A stretch of 64,000 bases of DNA. Source: Eledone cirrhosa (taxonomy: Eukaryota). The notes under the pieces were generated by a model, which saw nothing but the letters and a program-made list of their open reading frames with translations, did not search any database and was not told the DNA's origin. Every line of letters begins with the position of its first letter. The first letter of the stretch is position 1. Positions 1 through 15,235 of this stretch are shown in pieces. The stretch covers positions 19,220,001 through 19,284,000 of the forward strand of contig OZ024760.1 of the NCBI GenBank assembly GCA_964016885.1, written 5' to 3'. The position numbers and the translations under genes were made by a program.

Positions 1-490
1 AGCTCCCCCTTTGATACCATGAGACATATATAATTATCAAACCACATCCTGTGGATGGTGTATAAAATAAAACATGGCTCTCTTAATTTATAGGTGGGCC
101 ACGGAGAAATAAATCACTTCCCCTTTATTTATGCTTTCTGTATAACAGGCATATATTTACAATTCATAAACTACTACTGAAGCTTCACTAGAAAATACCT
201 CGTACCTCTCCTCCTTTTATGTAATAAATAGCTCTTTTTTGTCCATGCTCTTTTTTGATACCATGCAGACATATATAATGTATATACCACAACTGTAGCA
301 GGGCTACAAAATACCACATAGCTCTCCTCTTTCTCTGCTTTCCGTATAAACAGATATATATAATTTATAAAGTTCTGGTGTGTTTGGGCGACTAAATAAT
401 AACTCTTTTTCCATGCTCTTTTTTGATACCATGCAAACAAATATAATTCAAAAACCTTAATTGTGTCTGGGCCACAAAATACCACATACC
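1..490. repeat. Degenerate tandem repeat, about 3 copies, 170-240 bp spacing
   Basis: Recurring gctc(t/c)n-tgataccatg(c)a.acatatataat...aaataccacata at ~2, ~247 and ~416. Confidence 0.55.
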
Positions 491-629
491 AACCCTATGT
501 TTATACCCTCCGTATACCGTGTCTTTTATATCGGGAATCTAATTTATTCGGTCCTCAATGTTGCCATTGACTGACCAACGGTCAAAAATAATACAGATAC
601 AATATAGACACAAACACATATATATAGTT

Positions 630-673
630 TATCAAAGTTCTTTCGTTGCACATCTGCAACATCGTCAGTGGTG
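630..673 (-). ncRNA. Type I hammerhead ribozyme motif in the 3' pseudo-LTR (sense to the ORF)
   Basis: CUGACGA-u-GUUGCA/gaug/UGCAAC-GAAA-GAACUU; minimal stem III; stem I weak (cacca/ugaua). Confidence 0.7.
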
Positions 674-903
674 CTATTGTTTCCTCCCGTTACATTGTAT
701 TTTCTACGCCATCTTTATTTAGTCTGTTTATATATTTATTTATTTGTTTATTTTATTTTGTCTTTGCGTTTGCGTGTGTGTATAGTGTTTTGTTTGATGT
801 GTGTTCGTGATTGGGTGACTGTGTATTGGTTAATGTATTCTATCTTTACTAGTGTGTTTATATGTGTTTGTTATTGTGCTTGTGTATGTATTTATTTATT
901 TAT

Positions 904-2133
904 TTATACTTCTCTTAGGTCAGTGTTGTTTGTTTGGGTGTTGTTGTTATTCCATTCATTCTTTCTGTTTAGCCTTGGCCTTCTAAGTTCTATTTCACTG
1001 GCCTCTCTGATTTTCCTATCTGCTGGGTCATTTCTATGTTTAGATATTATTCTAATTTCTATGTTGTCTATGTTACCGTCATGTTGTTGTCTAGCATGTT
1101 CGTATAGTACTGACCCGTTTTTTTTTCGTCCTTTTAGTTCCCCCCAGTGTTGGTCTATCCTTTCACCTATGCTACGAGCTGTCTCGCCTATGTATGTTGT
1201 CATGTTTCTGCAAGTACCCTCTGTACATCTTATGCTATAGACTACGTTTCTAGTTTTACAGTTTATCCGGGGGTTTACCTTACATATGATACATTTCCTA
1301 TTAGTACAGTGGGTTTTCTTAAAAGGGTAGGTTTTGCTGATCAGGGATTTTATGGTAGTTCCTGGCTTTTCTACCACCTTAATCTTTAAGTGGGTCTTTC
1401 TCTGGGCCGTTCTACACTGGTTAGCTAATTTCCCTCCAGGGGTAGCGTCCACAAACATGACACTCTGGTATCTCTGGTTGTCGTACCATGAGCTGGCTTT
1501 CCCTATCTTTTGTCTAGCCCTATCTAAGCTATTCCATGATTTGCTCCTGTATAATTGGCAAATTCCTTTCATGTCCAGTTCTATGAGGGTCTTATACTTC
1601 TCCATGGTTCCTTCGTATACCCTGACTCTGTCTCTTTGGTTGTAGCCAGAGAACTGCATGCAGTTGATGAAGTGTTGGATGTGTCTTTCCATTTTTGTTG
1701 GGTCGCACATGCGGGACACATTCTTCATCACTCGTACCAAATCTGCGATCAGAATATTAAACTTAGCACTACTGGACATTGCTGAGTTTTTGAGTATCAG
1801 GTATTTGGAGGCCATGGGTTTGGCATAGTGTGAGTGGAGAATTTGGGCTCTCTCGTCTATAGTGTTAATCCAGAGTTCTGTGTCTAATACAGGTAGTCTA
1901 TTGTTAGGGTGTTTGGAAGGGTAGTCGATAGTTACAGTTATACTCTGGTGTATGGAATTAGCTATCTGCTGGATGCGTTCCATTGTGCTACGTTCTAAAT
2001 CAAACTTGTTAGTGCTCTCGAGTGGGGGTGTTCTTATAACTATATTGATATCGTCTACATAACGAGAGTACATGATGAGGTCTATGGAGCTCTCACGAAG
2101 GAGATCTTTAAGTCTCCTTTCCCACCATACCAT
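904..2133 (-). CDS. Penelope-like polyprotein, C-terminal part: RT palm/thumb, Cys-rich linker, GIY-YIG endonuclease
   Basis: YSRYVDD, LPVLD, KPMAS and FSGY motifs; CTNRKCIIC...C linker; VVYSIRC...TYIGET..R...H GIY-YIG with E and N residues downstream; the frame stays open upstream through KIYTQNEGAAIGVSIAGDVANLFM (~2134-2230), so the annotated Met is internal. Confidence 0.9.
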   Translation of the reverse strand: MVWWERRLKDLLRESSIDLIMYSRYVDDINIVIRTPPLESTNKFDLERSTMERIQQIANSIHQSITVTIDYPSKHPNNRLPVLDTELWINTIDERAQILHSHYAKPMASKYLILKNSAMSSSAKFNILIADLVRVMKNVSRMCDPTKMERHIQHFINCMQFSGYNQRDRVRVYEGTMEKYKTLIELDMKGICQLYRSKSWNSLDRARQKIGKASSWYDNQRYQSVMFVDATPGGKLANQCRTAQRKTHLKIKVVEKPGTTIKSLISKTYPFKKTHCTNRKCIICKVNPRINCKTRNVVYSIRCTEGTCRNMTTYIGETARSIGERIDQHWGELKGRKKNGSVLYEHARQQHDGNIDNIEIRIISKHRNDPADRKIREASEIELRRPRLNRKNEWNNNNTQTNNTDLREV

Positions 2134-2346
2134 AAAAAGGTTGGCAACGTCACCAGCTATGCTGACGCCAATGGCTGCACCCTCATTTTGGGTGTAGATC
2201 TTCTCGTTGAACTTGAATATGTGGCCCTTTAGGGTAGTTTGATACTACCCCCTATTGCATGTGCGACCATTTTTCTTACCTGATCATTGTTTTGGGGGGT
2301 CCGTATAGCTTTGGTCCACCCAATCCACCTTTCCATGGGAGTCTTT

Positions 2347-4464
2347 TTAGCCATTGAGGTTATGGTGGGGGGGGGGGGGGGGTCTACCTCTTATGGGTCT
2401 ACTAGGGCAGAAACGTCTAAGGTCATGGCTGTCTGGGTAGTCAGTGTCGTAGGTAAGTCTAAGTAGGAGGCCCAGTTCGTCTGTGTCGAGGTCGCAGAAC
2501 TCCACCTCACTCTCAATGATCATCTCCACACATCTTTTCACAGCAAAATCAATGTTAATGGATGGGTACAGTGATACCACATCCATGCTGCCTATTATGC
2601 AGTTAGATAGGTTCCTGTTTTTGTTGCACTCACTGATTATCCTGAGGAGGTCCTCTGTACTGTCACATACATCTGGGGACATCTTGATTATGGGGCGTAT
2701 AACCATTGAGAGAAAGTAGGAGATCCTGTAGTTGCTAGCTATATTTGCTCCGCATACGGGTCTTGTTGGTGGTCCTCTTGTCGAGTCGTCGACTGTCTTG
2801 TGGTCTTTGCGGAGCCCATACAAGGGGGATATGCCATTGTTAGACGCCTGGAAGTTGTTGGCAGTGCGTCTGCTTGGCTTTAGGATGTCGGTCCACATCA
2901 TCATGTGAGCGTTGAGGATTTTCTCTCTCCCATCATGTGTTTGCTGTGCAATTTCGCTCGTGTTGGTGATGTGGGGTTGCATAGCCTTGGTGTAGTTCGG
3001 CATGCTATCTATTGACATCCTACCGGACTTATCCGTGGGTAGACATACTACCTCACCATCCCTTGTGCGCTGCTTGAGACTAACCAAGCCTTCTACAGGT
3101 TTCCTCCCAAGTTGTTGGGCCTCTGGTCTGCTCTGTCTCTTAGTATACCGGTCTACTATTTGTCTAATCTTATTTCTAGCTATGGTGAACTGTGCCTCTG
3201 TCTCGTCATCTATTTGTTGTGGTATGCAAACTCTTTTATTAAAGGGTAACCTCGTAGGATAGATATTACCCATCTTATATGTTTTGTCAGCTGGGTTGAA
3301 AAATAGTTTCTCTAAGGGGTTGTCATTATATCTATCGTCATAGTTGTGTGTGTTGCTATTATTGTTATTATGGTGGTTGTTGTTGTTCCTATCATTAGCA
3401 TTATTATTATTGTTATGATTGCTAGATGTATTGTTGCTGTGATTGTTAGATGTATTGTTGTTATGATTGCTAGGTGTATTGTTGCTGTGATTGTTAGATG
3501 TATTGCTGTTATGATTGCTAGATGTATTGTTGCTGTGATTGTTAGATGTATTGTTGTTATGATTGCTAGATGTAGTGTTGCTGTGATTGTTAGATGTATT
3601 GTTGTTATGATTGCTAGATGTATTGTTGCTCTGATTGTTGTTTACTTCACCGTTATTGTTGTTGTTACTGTTATTTCTACCATTGTGGTTGTTACTTTTA
3701 TTATGTTTCTTGTTTTTGTTGTGTCTATCATTAATGTTCCTACATGTATTATTTCCATTATTACCACTGTGGTTGTTGTTGTTGTTGTTCGTATTGTTAC
3801 CGTTATTACTACTGTGGTCGCTGCTGCTGTGTCTGTAGTTAATGTTTCTATTATTACTATTATTGTGGTTGTTGTTCTGTCTATCGCTAGTATTATTACC
3901 ATTATTACTATTTCTCACTCTCCTGCTATTGTTATTGTTATGGCTGTTATTTCTATACTCAGTTATTGTTTATATTACTACTACCGTTATTATTATTATT
4001 GTTGTTATTGTTGTTTACTTTTGCATTCCAACGTATTTTTGTGAAACACTTTTCCAGCTCTGTTTTGCACTCAATAGGGTTAATCTTTTTGTAGATGGCA
4101 AATTTTGGTGGTAGCTGCAGGATTTGTTGTTCTTGTTCACTGATTAAAGTGTTCCCATAAATATTTACTGTGTGGTCATTGGTAAATTCTTCCGGTAGTC
4201 TTACATCAGTCATACGGATATTGTTGATGTTATCTGGGTATTTTTGAGAATATTCTACTTTCTTTCTTGTAGTTTTTTTTTGTTCATCCATTCTAATTTC
4301 TTATTGAAATGCCTATTGCATTCATTTCGGGTGTATTTCGTTTCACGTCGGATGACGCTCAAGTCATCCCTTTCGTTTGGTGTGGTGAGATTTTGGACTT
4401 CCTTACCGTTAATGCGTTTCTGTCTGTAAAGTTCGTTGACTTTTGTGTATGTTGTTCTTTTCAT
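2347..4464 (-). pseudogene. Frameshifted N-terminal and RT-finger part of the same polyprotein, with an Asn-rich repeat insertion
   Basis: Fragments 4255-4464, 3959-4291 (LQLPPKFA) and 2347-3918 (PTDKSGR, PLYGLRKDHK, PTRPVCGA, SMDVVSLYPSI); frame breaks near 4270, 3960, 2370 and 2240. Confidence 0.85.
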
Positions 4465-4773
4465 ATTAACTGTTATTGTGTGTTTTAGTCGTTCAGCCTA
4501 AGAGAAGTATAAATAAATAAATAGATAAATAAATAAATAAAGACATACACAAGCACAATAACAACAAACACATATAAACACACACTAGTAAAGATAGAAT
4601 ACATTAACCAATACACAGTCACCCAATCACGAACACACATCAAACAAAACACTATACACACACGCAAACGCATGCGCAAAGAAGACAAAATAAAATAAAT
4701 AAAATAAACAAATATATAAACAGACTAAATAAAGTTGGCGTAGAAAATACAATGTAACGGGAGGAAACAATAG

Positions 4774-4817
4774 CACCACTGACGATGTTGCAGATGTGCA
4801 ACGAAAGAACTTTGATA
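4774..4817 (+). ncRNA. Hammerhead motif in the inverted pseudo-LTR
   Basis: CTGACGA 4779-4785, 6-bp stem II, GAAA 4803-4806; reverse complement of 630-673. Confidence 0.7.
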
Positions 4818-5003
4818 AACTATATATATGTGTTTGTGTCTATATTGTTATTTTTGACCGTTGGTCAGTCAATGGCAACATTGAGGACCGATTAAATTAA
4901 ATTACCGATATAAAAGACACAGAAGCGAAAAACCAACCAAACAGTGAGTGTTCTGTTATTAATTCTGGCAATATTGCACAAATATGACCCTCCCCAAGTA
5001 TAA

Positions 5004-6453
<1,450 letters not shown>

Positions 6454-7150
6454 AGGTCTCGATTCTACGAAGCAGTCAGGTTTGATCATTGAATCGATCG
6501 TGCCTCGGGCTGGTCACCATAGAAACGATTGTAATATGTCTAATAAATCTTATTCGTCGCACCACTGTTTCTCCGTTTCTTATGTGATATATATATATTT
6601 GTGAAATGTGGGAATGCCTATAAATAACTCGCACATTATTATTTCATTGTCACCTGGGATACATTGTTAGTTATTTGTTGGTTTGTCAAAGTTCTTTTAT
6701 CACACCTCCTGTGACCACCCCAATGAATATTTATCTGCGGTTACTCCTCCTCCTTCTAATTATATCTTTGCAAAACAAATACACACTCACAAATATGTAA
6801 ATATATATATATATACGTGTGTGTATATATATATATATGTGTGTGTATTGACTTTCATCTAATAGGATCGAGGAAACAATGTTTTCATTGGTCTTTCCAA
6901 TTGCTAATACGATCTATCCGTCGCAACTCTCTCTCTCCCTCTTTCTCCCTCTCTCCCCCTCTCTCCCTCTTTCTCCCTCTCTCCCCCTCTCTCCCTCTTT
7001 CTCCCTCTCTCCCCCTCTCTCCCTCTTTCTCCCTCTCTCCCTCTTTCTCCCTCTCTCCCTCTCTCTCTCTGTATAATTGTGTGTATTTATATATGTGTGT
7101 GAGTTTATATATGTATTTATATATTTATGTGAGTTGATATATATATAATG

Positions 7151-7181
<31 letters not shown>

Positions 7182-7667
7182 GAAAGTTATGTATTTATAT
7201 ATTTATGTGAGTTGATATATATATAATGTATATATATATATATATATATATATTTGTGAAAGTTATATATATATATATTTGTGAAAGTTATATATATATA
7301 TATTTGTGAAAGTTATATATATATATATATAATGTGTATATATAAATTCCATTATATTCTACACCAGTTAACACAACCAATCAAAGTGAAGCAGTTCTAA
7401 AATCTATGGTGTAAAAAGAAATTCACTGATTCATTGACACAAAAAAAATATTTAAACATCGTTCTTTTTTTCATGTTTAAAATATCTCAGCTATATAAAT
7501 GAACATATAACTATCACCTTTGATCGTTCTATTTACATTAGAAATCATCTTTTCAGAGAAAAATATATTTCCAGTCTGTATATCTGTTTCGGAGTTTCAA
7601 AGTTAACTTGTGTACTCATTAAAATAAAACATTTCCAAACGTTTTATTTGTCTTGGTCTGGAGATTC

Positions 7668-7710
<43 letters not shown>

Positions 7711-7779
7711 TCGATTGTGTGTTTGAATAGTTTTTAGCTAGATATAATGTTTGTACGTACTTATATATTAAGAAAAAAA

Positions 7780-8721
7780 TATATATATATATATGTATAT
7801 ATGAATATATATGTATATATGAATATATATGTATATATGAATATATATATGAATATATATATGAATATATATATGAATATATATATGAATATATATATGA
7901 ATATATGTATATATGAATATATGTATATATGAATTTATATATGAATATATATATGAATATATATATGAATATATATATATGTATATATGAATATATGTAT
8001 ATATGAATATATGTATATATTTATATATATGTATATGTATATATTTATGTATATGTATATATTTATGTATATGTATATATTTATGTATATGTATATATTT
8101 ATGTATATGTATATATTTATGTATATGTATATATTTATGTATATGTATATATTTATGTATATATGAATATATATATGTATATATTTATGTATATATGAAT
8201 ATATATATGTATATATTTATGTATATATGAATATATATATGTATATATATATTTATGTATATATGAATATATTTATGGATATATGAATATATATATGGAT
8301 ATATGAATATATATATGTATATATGAATATATATATGTATATATGAATATATATATGGATATATGAATATATATATGTATATATGAATATATATATGGAT
8401 ATATGAATATATATATGGAGATATGAATATATATATGGATATATGAATATATATATGGATATATGAATATATATATGGATATATGGATATGTGTATATAT
8501 GTATGTATATGTATATATGTATGTATATATATGTATATATGTATGTATATATATGTATATATGTATATGTATATATGTGTATATGTATATATGTATACAT
8601 ATATGCGCTTCTGTGTCGGTATCTATATACATATATCTATATATGTATGTGTGCTTGTGTCTGTTATATAATACATATCATATATATGATATACATATTT
8701 ATACATATGTATATATATTTC

Positions 8722-8774
<53 letters not shown>

Positions 8775-8820
8775 TCATACACATTTCTAAATATATATAT
8801 ATATACACACACACACACAT
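7780..8820. repeat. TA-derived compound microsatellite (ATGAATATAT, ATGTATAT)
   Basis: Direct inspection. Confidence 0.9.
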
Positions 8821-9454
8821 ACACAGCGAGGGGATGATTGAGAGAGGGGAGGTTTTATTAGTCGCAGCAAAATATTTAGTTATATTAATAGTATTGTTAT
8901 TCACACAATAGCCTGACCGTGATCTTAGGGATGGAGTTAATTCGCCAAATAAAACTTCTAAGCAAGTGAAAAACTATTCGTCTATTTTAGATTTAAATAA
9001 TATATTACAGGTCCATTTTATATTTTCAGAAGATCTGAAGAAAGTACGTTTCACTTGAAATCTCAGAAAAACCTTCAGTTTATTTGATTGTTTATTTTTT
9101 TCCATACATTCGTATAAGAAAGAAATCTGTGAATGTCTTCTTTCTAGTATCATAGTTATTTAAATGCAAGATTTTGACGTAGATGGGGAGGTTTTGCACA
9201 TAATACATTTAGAAATATAAGCTTTTTTTTCTTGTTTTTTCTGTGCTTTTTATTATATTTTGTTCGGTTCTAGTGAAACCTAACAACCTGTGAAAAATCT
9301 TCTGACACCGCTAGGCTTTCGTTTCAAATATAGAAATGAATACAAATGAAATAAAACATTACATTCTATAATGACTACAGAAGAAACAGCCTGTGTGTAT
9401 GTGCATAGTGTATAGAGATAGAATTATTCACACACGCACGCGCACGCACGCACG

Positions 9455-10032
<578 letters not shown>

Positions 10033-10033
10033 A

Positions 10034-10216
10034 CACGTTATTCCGGGTTGAATCGGAGGTAACCACAGTAAGTAAGGTGCTCAATACATAGCAGAGTATA
10101 AAAGTTTTAATATAGATGAGATTCTACAAGACTAGAACCGTTTCATTCTTTAGAAATCATCAGGTATTCCTGATGATTTCTAAAGAATGAAACGGTTCTA
10201 GTCCTGTAGAATCTCA

Positions 10217-10226
<10 letters not shown>
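10034..10226. mobile_element. Fold-back non-autonomous insert in (TA)n with a 5'-truncated hammerhead core on both arms
   Basis: Arms 10107-10164 and 10169-10226, loop tatt; CTGATGA 10170-10176, stem II ttct/agaa, GAAA 10189-10192; same family as 32560-32735. Confidence 0.8.
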
Positions 10227-10250
<24 letters not shown>

Positions 10251-10754
10251 TTAATGAGCGAAATTGCACGCCAGAAAGTAGCTGAAGAGATTGAAATGTT
10301 TGTATCTGTGCATATTTCTGCGAATATTATGTTTTTTTTATACCCAAATACTCAATTTCAATCAAGGCTCCATTATTCCCACTCTAAATCATTTTTTTTC
10401 TTTTTTTGAAAATTCAGAAAAATAAATTGATATTAACGTTATATATTATATATTAAAAAATATTTTTTTAATATATTTTGGAATGATTCCCCCCAAGCAT
10501 TGAATTTATTTTTAGTTTTATTTCATTTTTTTTTTTAAATAAATTTTTGTTTTTTTCTTTTTATAAATTTTATTTATTTATTTATTTTATTTATTTATTT
10601 TTTTTATTTGGTAAATTGTAAATTCTATAAAAAAAAATCGAGTATCGCCTTATTTTTACGTTTCTTATTTTTTAGAGATTTACATGTTTGATGGTGGTGT
10701 GTAATTTAGTTTAAAAACAAACATTTGACGTGTGATAATAAAAAAACACATTGT

Positions 10755-11520
10755 AATTTGTTGTTGTTATTGTAGCTGTTTTTGTTGTTATTGTTCCTGT
10801 TGTTATTGTGGTTATTATTGCTGCTACTGTTGCTGTTATTACTGTTGTTGTTATTACTGTTGTTGTTATTACTGTTGTGGAGGTAGTGGTGGTGGAGGTT
10901 GTGGTTGTCTGTCGTGGTAGTGGTAGTTGTGGAGGTGGTGGTTGTGGAGGTAGTGGTGGTGGAGGTTGTGGTTGTCTGTCGTGGTAGTGGTAGTTGTGGA
11001 GGTGGTGGTTGTGGTGGTGGAGGTTGTGGTTGTCTGTCGTGGTAGTTGTGGTGGTAGTTGTGGTGGTTGCGGTGGTAGTGGTGGTGGTTGTGGAGGTAGT
11101 GGTGGTGGAGGTTGTGGTTATCTGTCGTGTTAGTGGTAATTGTGGTGGTGGTAGTTGTGGAGATAGTGGTGGTGGTGGTAGTTGTGGAGGTGGTTGTGGT
11201 GGTAGTTGTTGAGGTTGTGGTTGTCTGTCGTGTTAGTGGTTGTGGAGGTAGTGGTGGTAGTTGTGGAGGTAGTGGTGGTGGTTGTGGAGGTAGTGGTGGT
11301 GGTTGTGGAGGTAGTGGTGGAGGTAGTGGTGGTGGTTGTGGAGGTAGTGGTGGTGGTTGTGGAGGTAGTGGTGGTGGTTGTGGAGGTAGTGGTGGTGGTT
11401 GTGGAGGTAGTGCTGGTGGTGGTTGTGGAGGTAGTGCTGGTGGTGGTTGTGGAGGTAGTGCTGGTGGTGGTTGTGGAGGTAGTGCTGGTGGTGGTAGTGG
11501 TGGAGGTTGTGGTTGTCTGC
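10755..11520. repeat. (TTG)/(GGT/GTA) triplet compound microsatellite
   Basis: Direct inspection. Confidence 0.9.
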
Positions 11521-11658
11521 TTCTCTTTCTCCCTCTATATCTCTCTCTCTCTCTCCCTATCTCTATCAATCTATCTCTCTCTCTCTCTTTCTCTCTTTCT
11601 CTCTTTGTATCTCTCTCTCTATTGAAAAATGTGTGAAATCGTTGGTACAGTTAGGTAC

Positions 11659-11786
11659 ATTTGAAAAAAGGAAATGAATGAGTTGTAGTTCTAAACAATT
11701 TGATTTAATTTTATAATATTATAATATAAAATTAAATCAAATTGTTTAAAACTACAAGTGAAGTCATTCTTTTCCTTTTTACAAAT
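11659..11786. repeat. Imperfect AT-rich palindrome
   Basis: ttgtagtt.taaacaatttgatttaattttat / ataaaattaaatcaaattgtttaaaactacaa. Confidence 0.75.
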
Positions 11787-11927
11787 ATATATAAACATAT
11801 AAAATATATATATTTACATCTCCTGTGGATTTTATCTGAAAAGAACACGTTGGCAGATGTTATCAAAAAGTCATGTCTACGAAATACGTATAACAAAATA
11901 AATAGCTATGGAGAAATATAACCGTCA

Positions 11928-12030
11928 TAGGTTAACTTTGCTTTTCATCCTTATGGGGTCGATAAAATAAAGTACCAGTAATACAGTGGTTAATTGCTGG
12001 CCTTGTGCCAAAAGTAGAAACAATTATTAT
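11928..12030 (+). mobile_element. tRNA-derived SINE, 3' half
   Basis: ggttaactttgc..ttcatcctta.ggggtcgataaaataaagtaccagta...gccttgtgccaaaagtagaaacaatt. Confidence 0.85.
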
Positions 12031-12042
12031 CCTTGTTATTAG

Positions 12043-12089
<47 letters not shown>

Positions 12090-12352
12090 AACATACACAC
12101 ACACACACATAAATTCAGTCGTTCTCGGGCTTCTGTTAATTAAAAGTCTTCTGTCATGTTTTAAAAGAAGGAAGCTAGTTTTAACAATGAAAAGAAAATT
12201 TAATGATAGAAACACAGCTGAACTCCTTTTATGCTACTTCAAGGATGCAGGATAAATTATGAAATGAAAGGAGGATTCTGTAGATTTGTAAGGATAATAC
12301 TATTGAGACGTGTTATATATATATATGTATATATATGTATATATGTATATGT

Positions 12353-12383
<31 letters not shown>

Positions 12384-12853
12384 TATATATATGTATATAT
12401 ATCATAAAAGATGTCTATAGAATCACCAGAGATAATATATACCGTTTCCTCTCCCAATTAGCATAATTAACCATATAAAAATCGAATAGACGAGGCTATA
12501 AGAATAAGGCTTCTATGAAGAAATCTCCAACAAATAACCGAAACCAGCCTTCGCGCCGGCTGCGACGGAATATTTTTCGAATATTCGATAAATATATGTA
12601 CATGTATATGTATATGTATGTATAAAGTATATATATATATGTATATTTATATATATGTGTGTGTGAGTTCGTAGTTGTATTTTCGTTCGAGTCATGACAC
12701 AGGAGTTTCATTAATTATAAGAAACACAGACTTCGTGCGAATGAAATGTATTGCTAAATTGGATGGAGACTTAAATACAAATAGTGTGTGTGTGTGTCTA
12801 TGTATATATATAGTGTGTATGTGAATGTATGTAGATGGGAATGTGAGTATATG

Positions 12854-12885
<32 letters not shown>

Positions 12886-13085
12886 GGAACCAGTAAGACC
12901 CCGACAGCTGAGCTCAAGCCGTTTCGACGGCTAATTCTGGACTAAATTTAGTCCAGAATTAGCCGTCGAAACGGCTTGAGCTCAGCTGTCGGGGTCTTAC
13001 TGGTTCCTATTACCCACTCTACTACCTCAAGTATTGAGTACTTTGGTGCGTTATGGTCCACCTGGTTCCTTTCCACATTTCCTTC

Positions 13086-13090
<5 letters not shown>
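12886..13090 (+). mobile_element. Fold-back insert in (TA)n: perfect 122-bp palindrome plus 3' tail
   Basis: 12886-13007 is loopless with its centre at 12946/12947; tail homologous to 18375-18484 (minus) and 60538-60680. Confidence 0.85.
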
Positions 13091-13131
<41 letters not shown>

Positions 13132-13348
13132 TATGTATTTATGTATATATACAAGAAGGTGCAAGGTATACTTGAAAATATCTCACACTCATACAACCAC
13201 GCATACATGCACACACACATGAAATATATATATATGTATATATCATATGAAATATATATACTTATATATGTGATATGAAGTGTATATATATATATGTATA
13301 TATATACATATATTTATGTCATGAAATAAATATATATATGTATGTATA

Positions 13349-13383
<35 letters not shown>

Positions 13384-13727
13384 GTATATATCATATGAAA
13401 TATATATACTTATATATGTGATATGAAATAAATATATATATGTGTATATATGTATATACATATATACATATATTTATGTCATATGAAATAAATATATATA
13501 TGTATGCATATATATATGTATATGTGTGTGCATATATATATATATATATGAATGACATGAAATATACACATATGTATATGTCATATGAAATAAATATATA
13601 TATGTATGCATATCATATATATATATATATGTATATGTGTGTGTGGATATATATATATATATGAATGACATGAAATATACACATATGTATATATCACATG
13701 AAATAATATGTTTATATATGTGTATGT

Positions 13728-13776
<49 letters not shown>

Positions 13777-14139
13777 TAGCCTGAGGCGATCGTTACATAA
13801 GTAATAAGTTATGGGAAATAACTCTTAGAGCAACTTTGAGTTATGTCCCATGAATTTTGGTTTTGATTTTTCATTCTACTTTCTGATATATTTTGTAAAG
13901 AAATAAAGCTTCCCAAGTGTAAAGAATGTCTAGCCTCAGTAATTCAGTCCTTTTTATTGTTTTATATTACATTTGGAGTTCACAACATGCTTTTTTACTC
14001 TGTATTTCAGACACTGTATGTAGTTTTACATATATACATATCTTTCACGTATGTGTATATGTGCATTATATATACATATATGTGTGTGGGTGTGTATATA
14101 CATATGTACGTATCTATCTTACTATCTATCTATTTACCA

Positions 14140-14655
14140 TGTGCTCCCCGGGCAAAGGATTGCACACTTTTTCGGGGGTGTGTGCAACCCCCATCACGTC
14201 CCCTCCCTTTTGAGGTTATTTTCGATTATTTTCATGTTACACCCTTTTTACTCGATTATATGTAAACTCCCCCTTTGTATTTGTCCCTTCTTTTTATGCC
14301 TTTATGGTAAATAAAGAAATCTATCTATTTACCTATCTACCTTCACTCTACATCAGACTATAGGTGAGGAAGATGAAAGACCAAGGGAGCACCCCTTCTC
14401 TGTGCTCCTGAGGAGAAGGGTTGCACACTTTTTTTTCGGGGGTGTGTGCGACCCCCCCCCCCCCCCCCCCCCACCAGGCGCCTCCCCTCTATTGAGGACT
14501 TTGTTATAAATTTTATTTTTTGTTATATTTTATTTTATTTTTATATTTTGTTATTGCCTCCTCCTTATTGAGGACGCCTTGTTTTGTAAACTCCCCCCCC
14601 CCCCCCCCCATTGTACTTGTCCCGCTTTTGATGCCCTGGTGGCAAATAAAAGAAA
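14140..14655 (+). repeat. Two diverged direct copies of a ~200-250-bp element ending in AATAAA followed by (CTAT)n
   Basis: gtgctcc...ggattgcacacttttttcgggggtgtgtgc.acccc...aaataaa at ~14140-14320 and ~14402-14655. Confidence 0.7.
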
Positions 14656-14751
14656 CATATCTATCTACCTACCTATCTATCTACTTATCTATCTCTCTAT
14701 CTGTCTACCACCTATCTATCTACCTTTCTATATATCTATGTATCTATCAAC

Positions 14752-14875
14752 TAATTGTTTCTACGTTTTGGCACAAGGCCGGAAATTATCCCAGTGCATT
14801 ACTGGTACTTTATTTTATCGACCCTGTAATGCTGAAAGGCGAATTTAACCTCGGCTTGATTTAAACTCAGAACGT
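14752..14875 (-). mobile_element. tRNA-derived SINE, partial
   Basis: Reverse complement of the SINE body including the B-box region. Confidence 0.85.
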
Positions 14876-15204
14876 AATTATATATATATATGTGTGTGTG
14901 TGTTTATGTGTGTATATATATATATGTGTGTGTGTTTATGTGTATATATATATATATGTGTGTGTAGATGTGTGTTTATGTGTATATATATATATATGTG
15001 TGTGTGTTTATGTGTATATATATATATATGTGTGTGTAGATGTGTGTTTATGTGTATATATATATATATGTGTGTGTAGATGTGTGTTTATGTGTGTATA
15101 TATGTGTGTGTAGATGTGTGTTTATGTGTATATATATATATATATGTGTGTGTAAATGTGTGTTTATGTGTGTATATATATATATGTGTGTGTAGATGTG
15201 TGTT

Positions 15205-15235
<31 letters not shown>

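Larger units (their letters stand above)
519..5003 (-). mobile_element. Penelope-like retroelement (RT + C-terminal GIY-YIG), 5'-truncated, with inverted pseudo-LTRs (~519-919 and ~4497-4921); right copy runs on to a 3' tail ending in (TA)n
   Basis: RT and GIY-YIG motifs in minus-strand ORFs; ~400-bp inverted repeat that overlaps the ORF stop and contains a hammerhead motif; ends at ...ctccccaagtataac(ta)n. Confidence 0.93.

Noticed and set aside
668-1240. 190-aa hydrophobic plus-strand ORF
   Set aside because: Antisense shadow of the Penelope endonuclease and its A-rich 3' region
3959-3961. TGA as selenocysteine readthrough in the Penelope ORF
   Set aside because: The downstream coding sequence is in another frame; a 1-nt indel explains it
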